A DNA stretch of 11,119 nucleotides from a virus (Duplodnaviria > Heunggongvirae > Uroviricota > Caudoviricetes): positions 1 to 11,119 of IMG/VR virus record IMGVR_UViG_3300031354_000001; one strand, 5' to 3'. This document shows, in pieces, positions 6,257 through 11,119 of this stretch (its first letter is position 1; every line of letters begins with the position of its first letter). A model generated the notes under the pieces. That model made no database searches and was not told the DNA's origin. It saw nothing but the letters and a program-made list of their open reading frames with translations. The position numbers were made by a program, and so were the translations under genes.

Positions 6257-6481
6257 TTAATATCCCATTTGTTCTAAGTGTTCATCATATTCTTTCATTT
6301 GTTCTTCCACGATTAATTCAAATTCTTCGGTATACTTTTCGTCTTTTTCAAAAAGGAAGAAGATACCATCTACTTCAAGAATTTCTCCGCCATTCTTTGA
6401 TGATATACCACCCATAAAATTACAGAACCCATATCCTTGATCCATTAGATCGTTTATTTCTTCATATCTAACTTCTCTCAT
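6257..6481 (-). CDS. Small acidic hypothetical protein
   Basis: Likely start MREVRYEE (ATG 6481, ATGA overlap); 20 D/E versus 6 K/R in 74 aa by hand count. Confidence 0.7.
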   Translation of the reverse strand: MREVRYEEINDLMDQGYGFCNFMGGISSKNGGEILEVDGIFFLFEKDEKYTEEFELIVEEQMKEYDEHLEQMGY

Positions 6482-6852
6482 GGCCAATGATACCTCATTT
6501 CTGGTTTTTCTTCCCAATTGAATTGAGAATAATAGTGGTAATCCTTAAACAATAGTGCGGCACGATGCGTTCCATGAATCTTGCCACCAATCCATGGTGG
6601 CAAGATTATATCATCAAACTCGAATACCTCTTGCAAATTATCAACAAACCCGCGATTCTTCCATTCCTCGCATATTATAAAACCATAATAGCACAATGCC
6701 GATTCATACCCTATCCACATCTTGGTTGCAGGATGATTTGGAAAATCCAATTCTAAAATCTGATAAGCTTCTACACGTTGTTTTCCTAGACGCTTATTAT
6801 CTAAGCATCGTGCAGATTGATGGAAGTCAGGATATGGAAGAAATGTCTGCAT
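6478..6852 (-). CDS. Pyrimidine dimer DNA glycosylase/endonuclease V-like protein (MSMEG_6728 type)
   Basis: Start MQTFLPYPDF (ATG 6852); LDNKRLGKQRVEAYQIL, HPATKMWIGY, EEWKNRG, PPW, HRAALLFKD and YHWP are the typical motifs of this family. Confidence 0.88.
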   Translation of the reverse strand: MQTFLPYPDFHQSARCLDNKRLGKQRVEAYQILELDFPNHPATKMWIGYESALCYYGFIICEEWKNRGFVDNLQEVFEFDDIILPPWIGGKIHGTHRAALLFKDYHYYSQFNWEEKPEMRYHWP

Positions 6853-7007
6853 TAAAACAAATGACGATAAATGAAATAAAATGGCCAAAGAAGAACTGTT
6901 TTAAAATACTCCTTTGGATCACTCATTGGAGCATCAAATCTCCAACTATACCATTCAACTGTCCCCATAATTAAATAGGCTGCTATAACTATTAAAAGTA
7001 TCTTCAT
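6852..7007 (-). CDS. Small membrane protein (51 aa)
   Basis: Not in the ORF track; MKILLIVIAAYLIMGTVEWYSWRFDAPMSDPKEYFKTVLLWPFYFIYRHLF; two hydrophobic segments; TAATG overlaps at both ends. Confidence 0.75.
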   Translation of the reverse strand: MKILLIVIAAYLIMGTVEWYSWRFDAPMSDPKEYFKTVLLWPFYFIYRHLF

Positions 7008-7261
7008 TATTCCTCCACAATATCAATTATACAAAATCTATGTACATTGAATGTCTCTTGAGAATCAGTCCAAAAGTCTGTTGATGTTGGATCAGAAATT
7101 GTAAATACTCCACCTTCTTTGAAACATAGTCTCAAGCCAGATGCAGCATAAAATCCATTATAATCTGTCTCCGAATTATCAATATAATCTTCAATTTCCG
7201 ACAATGTCATATTTGTTGGTGTCGTCGGTTTTACTTTAATTGTTGTTACTTTAAGTCCCAT
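7007..7261 (-). CDS. Hypothetical protein; probable distant VDHFC-family member
   Basis: SGLRLCFKEGGVFTI and FNVHRFCIIDIVEE parallel SGREAFVSDDGGLYLI and FYVDHFCEVEIREQ of 809..1018. Confidence 0.7.
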   Translation of the reverse strand: MGLKVTTIKVKPTTPTNMTLSEIEDYIDNSETDYNGFYAASGLRLCFKEGGVFTISDPTSTDFWTDSQETFNVHRFCIIDIVEE

Positions 7262-7291
7262 AACCGTTTGCTCTCGCTGCTCTACCTTGTT

Positions 7292-7675
7292 TTATTGCTT
7301 TTGATTTAGCACGTTCACGACTAGCTTTGTTCCCTGGGGTATATGTATATTTAGCTCCGTGGTGTCCCCATTGATATGCAGGTTTACCGTTTTTTGTTGT
7401 TCGTCTGACTGGCATTTCTTTATCCTGTAGTCATAGAGTGACCAAAACCACTGTGGTTCCCATGTGTACATCCATGTATTATTGTGTTTACCTTTAAACT
7501 CAATATCTGCACCGTCGGCATAGGCTTGCTCTACGTCCCATTCTTCCTTGATTTTATAAGCATCCTTGCACCACCAACGCCAAGCTGGCTTAGCTATTTC
7601 ATACCATAGACCATCGAACTCACTTTTATAGGCGACAGCCTTACCCTTATTGAACGCTTCTTCGACACGATTCAT
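7292..7675 (-). CDS. Phage protein with two tandem A..G..I/V...W...P.W.W...Y.IK repeats
   Basis: VEEAFNKGKAVAYK...WYEIAKPAWRWWCKDAYKIK and VEQAYADGADIEFK...WMYTWEPQWFWSLYDYRIK. Confidence 0.75.
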   Translation of the reverse strand: MNRVEEAFNKGKAVAYKSEFDGLWYEIAKPAWRWWCKDAYKIKEEWDVEQAYADGADIEFKGKHNNTWMYTWEPQWFWSLYDYRIKKCQSDEQQKTVNLHINGDTTELNIHIPQGTKLVVNVLNQKQ

Positions 7676-7926
7676 GATAGAACTCCATGACTGATTGACT
7701 TATTTATTTGGTTTAAACAATAATCACTTAGATTAATTAACGACACTCTTTTGGAAAACTCTTCAGGGCCAAGAGCATTGAGTGTCTTTACGATTGCTTC
7801 ATTGATCCACTTATTATAAAGAATCCGAACACCTTTAAAATCGAGCACAACACTCTTTGATTTTAAAATTTGTTGCCGTAATTCTTTGCCAGATTGTGGT
7901 GACTGGTTAATTAATGTAAACAGCAT
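7672..7926 (-). CDS. STAS-like domain protein (DUF4325 type)
   Basis: GKELRQQI...VVLDFKGVRIL...INEAI...GPEEFSKRVSLINL pattern; 84 aa, stand-alone. Confidence 0.75.
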   Translation of the reverse strand: MLFTLINQSPQSGKELRQQILKSKSVVLDFKGVRILYNKWINEAIVKTLNALGPEEFSKRVSLINLSDYCLNQINKSISHGVLS

Positions 7927-8104
7927 CTATCTCTTCAAATCCAAGTTGTTTCATTGCTTCTAATCTTTTGTATCCGTCAATTATCCTATTATTTTTATCG
8001 ATAATAATTGGTTTTTGTTGCCCATTAGCACTTAATGATATTATTATATCGCCGTATTTTGGAGTTACTCTATGTCTTGGTACTTTTATTTTACTTATTA
8101 TCAT
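7907..8104 (-). CDS. Stand-alone ParB/Sulfiredoxin N-terminal domain protein (copy 4)
   Basis: SLSANGQQKPIIIDKNNRIIDGYKRLEAMKQLG: G..P.(DG)xxR.A motif; 65 aa; no HTH. Confidence 0.85.
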   Translation of the reverse strand: MIISKIKVPRHRVTPKYGDIIISLSANGQQKPIIIDKNNRIIDGYKRLEAMKQLGFEEIDAVYIN

Positions 8105-8351
8105 TGCTTTTCAATTTGTAATAGGAATATGCTTCGGTGTCTTCCATAAAATTACAATAAACATATTCCTTTTTTAGTTCTTTCAAAGCTTCAATTCTGT
8201 TGTATCCGTCAACAAGTCTCATTTCTTTTGTTACTAGAATTGGCCTCATTTGCCCCAGTTCTTTTAGACTTTTTACGAGTCTATTAAAAGATCGTATCCT
8301 TCTTCGATAATACCATTCAGGTATTTTAATATCAACGATTCTTATTTTCAT
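8091..8351 (-). CDS. Stand-alone ParB N-terminal domain protein (copy 3)
   Basis: LVKSLKELGQMRPILVTKEMRLVDGYNRIEALKEL; 86 aa. Confidence 0.88.
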   Translation of the reverse strand: MKIRIVDIKIPEWYYRRRIRSFNRLVKSLKELGQMRPILVTKEMRLVDGYNRIEALKELKKEYVYCNFMEDTEAYSYYKLKSNDNK

Positions 8352-8795
8352 ATAACAACTTCCACTTCGATTGTCTTATTGCCATTTTCAATTGCCTCGA
8401 ATATTGGTTTCACATTATCAAATGGAACATATTTTCCTTTATGCTTTACCACCGACGGCCTACGCTTAGTATCAGTTAGCTTGTATGGACCATCGAGTTT
8501 AATATCAGCGATTCTTATTCTTTCCATTCTTCCTCTTCCAGCGTTTTGGATGTTTCTCAATTTTAGTTAAAATAGGTTGAAGGTCACATGCCTTATCACA
8601 ACGCACACAATAAACGTATTTAATGCCTAATTGTTTCAATGCCTCGATTCTACCAAAACCATCGGCAAGATAGTTGTTAATATCAATAGTGATTGGAATA
8701 ATTTGACCGAGTTTTTGCAATGATTCAACTAATTGTGAACTAGGCCATTTCTTATTATACCATTCAGGTATTTTAATATCAGCGATTCTTATTTT
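8310..8795. repeat. 39-bp direct repeat (8310..8348 and 8757..8795), one mismatch
   Basis: ataccattcaggtattttaatatca(a/g)cgattcttatttt, encoding KIRI(V/A)DIKIPEWY. Confidence 0.9.
8348..8527 (-). CDS. Degenerate ParB N-terminal-like protein (copy 2)
   Basis: Start MERIRIADIK (ATG 8527, GAGG RBS); DGxxR is replaced by FDNVKP; 59 aa. Confidence 0.65.
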   Translation of the reverse strand: MERIRIADIKLDGPYKLTDTKRRPSVVKHKGKYVPFDNVKPIFEAIENGNKTIEVEVVI

Positions 8796-8820
8796 TTCCA
8801 TTCTTCCTCTTCCAGCGTTT
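8498..8820. repeat. 49-bp direct repeat (8498..8546 and 8772..8820), one mismatch, period 274 bp
   Basis: tttaatatcagcgattcttatt(c/t)tttccattcttcctcttccagcgttt; contains an RBS and start in one frame and a stop in another. Confidence 0.92.
8505..8801 (-). CDS. Stand-alone ParB N-terminal domain protein (copy 1)
   Basis: Start MEKIRIADIK (ATG 8801, GAGG RBS); LVESLQKLGQIIPITIDINNYLADGFGRIEALKQLG. Confidence 0.88.
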   Translation of the reverse strand: MEKIRIADIKIPEWYNKKWPSSQLVESLQKLGQIIPITIDINNYLADGFGRIEALKQLGIKYVYCVRCDKACDLQPILTKIEKHPKRWKRKNGKNKNR

Positions 8821-8907
8821 GACACATTTCTTCATTGTCTTCATTGCTCGAAGGTAGACCAATGGCAAATGAGACTTGTAAACGAATTGTCCATTAATTA
8901 CTGGCAT
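8779..8907 (-). CDS. Small basic hypothetical protein (42 aa)
   Basis: Not in the ORF track; MPVINGQFVYKSHLPLVYLRAMKTMKKCVKRWKRKNGKNKNR; fills the gap. Confidence 0.55.
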   Translation of the reverse strand: MPVINGQFVYKSHLPLVYLRAMKTMKKCVKRWKRKNGKNKNR

Positions 8908-8910
8908 GTT

Positions 8911-9042
8911 TCACCATTTAATTATCTTATAGTGGAGTAGATTACATTTCTCACAAAGATAAGCGTCTTTAATTGTTTCTCCTTTTTTGATTGTATACAT
9001 ATAGCGTTTGCTATGGAACAATTTACACCAGAGTTTCATCAT
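8911..9042 (-). CDS. Small putative Zn-binding protein (DUF1660-like)
   Basis: Not in the ORF track; MMKLWCKLFHSKRYMYTIKKGETIKDAYLCEKCNLLHYKIIKW; C-x3-H...CxxC resembles the KLLCKLFGH...C.RC prophage family. Confidence 0.65.
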   Translation of the reverse strand: MMKLWCKLFHSKRYMYTIKKGETIKDAYLCEKCNLLHYKIIKW

Positions 9043-9164
9043 GAGATATTTGCTCTCAATACTCTGAAACCGAAGAAGTAAATATCGAGGAATGTTGTAC
9101 GATATGTAATACGTCCATTAATATTAGTTACTACAACCTGGTCAATAAAAATTGGTGTAAGCAT
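9039..9164 (-). CDS. Small hypothetical beta-rich protein (41 aa)
   Basis: Not in the ORF track; MLTPIFIDQVVVTNINGRITYRTTFLDIYFFGFRVLRANIS; ATGA overlap. Confidence 0.6.
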   Translation of the reverse strand: MLTPIFIDQVVVTNINGRITYRTTFLDIYFFGFRVLRANIS

Positions 9165-9174
9165 ATATTTGATT

Positions 9175-9567
9175 TTAAACATACTCATTTACCTCACAAA
9201 GAATGCTTTGACCAGACTGTGAGTATTTAATCACTCGAAGTGATTTTACCTTAACAGTATCACCATCGAGACCCTGTCTCTTAATGAGTTCGGCACGGGC
9301 ACGAGGCATGAGAATGCACTTCCAGCCGAAATGACTGCGATGATTATCGTCATGTAGATACCATGCTGGCTCAATATCAGTCAACTCCGGCACAGATGCT
9401 TTGCCATAAATGAATGGCGGCTGACCATCATTTAATTCTACATTCAAAACAGCATCACCATCTACTGATTTTAAAATTGTTCCGATCTCTGGCTTCGACT
9501 CGGTGACTTCACGATACTTTTGTGACCACTCGGCCAAACCAGTCAACACTTCTTCCAAATTACTCAT
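9175..9567 (-). CDS. Hypothetical protein
   Basis: 130 aa with an ATGA overlap onto the sigma gene; no family recognised. Confidence 0.75.
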   Translation of the reverse strand: MSNLEEVLTGLAEWSQKYREVTESKPEIGTILKSVDGDAVLNVELNDGQPPFIYGKASVPELTDIEPAWYLHDDNHRSHFGWKCILMPRARAELIKRQGLDGDTVKVKSLRVIKYSQSGQSILCEVNEYV

Positions 9568-10082
9568 GATACTCTCCTATAGCGTTCATATAACTTCTTT
9601 AGTGACGTAGTTACGGTCTTCACATTCAATCCCATAATCTCAGCGATGTCTTTTCGAGTTTTTCCTTTGAGACGCAAATTGACAATCTCGTGTTCACGAT
9701 CATTATGGATTATAAAATCCAAGGCGTCTCTTAGTTCGGACAATGATCGATTCTTATCAGCCTTATCAAATGAATCTACTTGCTGTAGTTTCACCTTATT
9801 TTGCTTTTCCAAGAAACGTCTCAGATCATTATGAATATATGAAGTAATATAGCCATGTACATTGTCGTGCTTCAATGAGTGTAAGCGATTCACTGATTTT
9901 ACAATCGCAAGTAATGCTACACTCTTCAATTCATCAGCTTCAACTTTTGTCGATGCATGGTAACTCAAGGCTATACTGCATCCTATGCCCATAAAATTCT
10001 GAATAATCCTATCTTTTACTTTCTTAGAATCATGTTGCCTTAGAGTGTTTAACATAATAATCAAATCGTCATTAGTAAGCAT
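9564..10082 (-). CDS. Phage-encoded sigma-70-family RNA polymerase sigma factor (regions 2 and 4 only)
   Basis: Region 2-like EADELKSVALLAIVKSVNRL...GYITSYIHNDLRRFL; region 4 HTH REHEIVNLRLKGKTRKDIAEIMGLNVKTVTTSLKKL; 172 aa. Confidence 0.85.
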   Translation of the reverse strand: MLTNDDLIIMLNTLRQHDSKKVKDRIIQNFMGIGCSIALSYHASTKVEADELKSVALLAIVKSVNRLHSLKHDNVHGYITSYIHNDLRRFLEKQNKVKLQQVDSFDKADKNRSLSELRDALDFIIHNDREHEIVNLRLKGKTRKDIAEIMGLNVKTVTTSLKKLYERYRRVS

Positions 10083-10257
10083 TTCCGTCTCTTTCTGTAA
10101 TGAAATTCAATTCAGCCAAAATGTCTCGTTTCTTTTTCTTTCCAATATACTCCTTAGTTAATCCTCCTGGTTTTCGTGGCCGTTTGCTTTTATTTGCAAA
10201 CTTCATTGCATGGCCTTCGCGGGTCGCCTGTTCATCAATATCATCCCAGTCTCTCAT
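10072..10257 (-). CDS. Hypothetical basic protein
   Basis: 61 aa, overlapping both neighbours. Confidence 0.65.
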   Translation of the reverse strand: MRDWDDIDEQATREGHAMKFANKSKRPRKPGGLTKEYIGKKKKRDILAELNFITERDGNAY

Positions 10258-10523
10258 TTCAGTTCTCCAATTTTCTTAACAATATCATAGTATTTAGCAA
10301 GATAAAAATCACGGTCCTCTTTTGTCAATGACTTGTCATTTGATAATTTTAGATATCTGATTTTAAGATTCTTCCAATGAGCGATTGATCTTAGTTCAGT
10401 AAGCATTGATTTTAAAATCTTGCTTCGTTCAGCATACACTTGATTCGCAAATTTACTATTTAAACCATTCGATTCAATAGACAATTGAAAATCATTCTGA
10501 ACGTCGTGTAATTCATTGAGCAT
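10254..10523 (-). CDS. Hypothetical helical protein; first gene of the putative transcript
   Basis: GAGG RBS upstream of ATG 10523 (MLNELHDVQ); 89 aa. Confidence 0.7.
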   Translation of the reverse strand: MLNELHDVQNDFQLSIESNGLNSKFANQVYAERSKILKSMLTELRSIAHWKNLKIRYLKLSNDKSLTKEDRDFYLAKYYDIVKKIGELK

Positions 10524-10566
10524 AAAATCAATCCTCACTTCTTGAAAAAATCAAAATCAACTGTTA

Positions 10567-10612
10567 TTCCTTTATTATTGTCTCGCGTGGTTCCTTTATT
10601 ATTGTCTCGCGT
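10567..10612. repeat. Two perfect 22-bp direct repeats ttcctttattattgtctcgcgt, period 24
   Basis: 10567..10588 and 10591..10612, separated by gg. Confidence 0.95.
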
Positions 10613-10624
10613 CCGAAAACAATG

Positions 10625-10668
10625 ATAGCCCGCACGCATACATCTATTATAGATAGCGTCCGGGCTAT
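10625..10668. other. GC-rich imperfect hairpin/cruciform
   Basis: atagcccg/cgggctat outer stem, acgc/gcgt, and atcta-tta-tagat inner stem. Confidence 0.8.
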
Positions 10669-10673
10669 TGCAA
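10646..10673 (-). promoter_or_regulatory. Putative sigma70-type promoter: -35 TTGCAA, 16-nt spacer, -10 TATAAT
   Basis: Minus strand reads ttttttcTTGCAAtagcccggacgctatcTATAATagatg, with an A/T tract upstream, pointing into the gene run. Confidence 0.65.
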
Positions 10674-10799
10674 GAAAAAATTCTAATTTTATTGATTTTG
10701 ATTTTTTAAAAAGTTAGAAATTGATTTTATAATAAAATGGAGCGGATACAATAAAATTGATATTATTATCAGGAAATAATCTAATAATTTTACAATCAT

Positions 10800-11119
10800 T
10801 TATAATGTAATCCTAATACCATCAAAAATCCAGAAATGTGATATAGCTACATTACAATCATCAAATGATATAATATGCCCACGTGGATCGTAAACCATCT
10901 TACCATCCCATGCTACGGCATGACCGAATCGCCTTGCTTGTCCAGTTAGGATTCCGATATTATCATCAAGATATTCTTGGAAACGCATCTCATTCATTTT
11001 TATTGGAGAGAATTTACCATCACCAATAGTACCAATTGGTTTGGCTTCAATTGGTGTCACCGAGAATCCTTTTTGCCATGCAACATCTATAATTTCTTGA
11101 ATATGGAATCCACGTCTAT
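10800..11119 (-). CDS. C-terminal part of a putative papain-fold (peptidase C39-like) protein, truncated at the window edge
   Basis: The frame stays open past the listed GTG to the window end (RRGFHIQEIIDVAWQKGFSVTP...). GHAVAWDGKMVYDP gives the His...Asp pattern. The catalytic Cys would lie outside the window. Confidence 0.55.
   Translation of the reverse strand, partial: RRGFHIQEIIDVAWQKGFSVTPIEAKPIGTIGDGKFSPIKMNEMRFQEYLDDNIGILTGQARRFGHAVAWDGKMVYDPRGHIISFDDCNVAISHFWIFDGIRITL

Larger units (their letters stand above)
10522..10730. repeat. About 39-bp imperfect inverted repeat (10522..10560 and 10692..10730) with a 16-bp perfect inner core
   Basis: aaaaaatcaaaatcaa (10545..10560) is the exact reverse complement of ttgattttgatttttt (10692..10707). 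A further TTGATTTTAT lies 13 nt outward on both arms. Confidence 0.85.

Noticed and set aside
4651-7007. Holin call for the two small membrane proteins (4651..4767 and 6852..7007)
   Set aside because: No endolysin or spanin nearby and no diagnostic features; hydrophobicity alone is insufficient.
7907-8801. ParB genes as a functional ParABS partition system
   Set aside because: The proteins lack the DNA-binding and dimerisation domains, there is no ParA, and I noticed no parS-like TGTTTCACGTGAAACA palindrome.
1215-8825. Longer starts given in the ORF track (1286, 2626, 3362, 4629, 5520, 6082, 6517, 6888, 8560, 8825)
   Set aside because: Most run deep into the upstream gene and many use TTG/GTG. 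Downstream ATGs have an RBS or an ATGA/TAATG overlap, or match paralog or family N-termini.
557-9834. All plus-strand ORFs in the track (e.g. 557..874, 595..960, 1543..1740, 4115..4321, 4586..4780, 6696..6974, 9646..9834)
   Set aside because: Each lies antisense to a better-supported minus-strand gene, has no recognisable motif, and breaks the uniform operon orientation; they are shadow ORFs.
10567-10612. 22-bp repeats as a mini-CRISPR array
   Set aside because: Only two copies separated by 2 nt, so there is no spacer, and no cas genes are present.
10625-10668. Hairpin as a simple rho-independent terminator
   Set aside because: It is 130 nt from the upstream stop, has only a weak following U-tract (cattgtttt on the minus strand), and contains a consensus -10 box. 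Not excluded, but not called.
10705-10754. Divergent plus-strand promoter (TATAAT at 10728..10733) and ATG at about 10737
   Set aside because: Poor -35 match (TTTAAA), and the ORF is only MERIQ*. TATAAT is expected by chance in such AT-rich DNA.
1-11119. Alternative genetic code (stop-codon recoding)
   Set aside because: Genes tile tightly under code 11, with TAA, TGA and TAG all used as stops at overlap junctions. The enzymes are full length and neither tRNA is a suppressor.

Overview
An AT-rich, gene-dense segment of a large dsDNA bacteriophage. All credible genes are on the minus strand, most with ATGA/TAATG-type overlaps and several with GGAG/GAGG ribosome-binding sites. Recognisable products are a Nudix hydrolase, an ATP-dependent DNA ligase, a Zn-dependent cytidine-deaminase-fold protein, a pyrimidine-dimer glycosylase-like protein (DenV/MSMEG_6728 type), a STAS-like DUF4325 protein, four stand-alone ParB N-terminal-domain proteins, a sigma-70-family factor, a partial C39-like peptidase domain, and tandem tRNA-Lys(UUU) and tRNA-Ile(UAU). 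I read about ten additional small minus-strand ORFs by hand that the ORF track omits. With these included, the window resolves into at least five independent families of tiny paralogous genes (a 'gene accordion'), including four tandem aromatic/Gly-rich beta-strand proteins. The only large intergenic gap (about 10524-10799) holds a sigma70-like promoter embedded in a hairpin plus two 22-bp direct repeats, all bracketed by a roughly 39-bp imperfect inverted repeat. Family assignments come from motif recognition only; no database searches were run.
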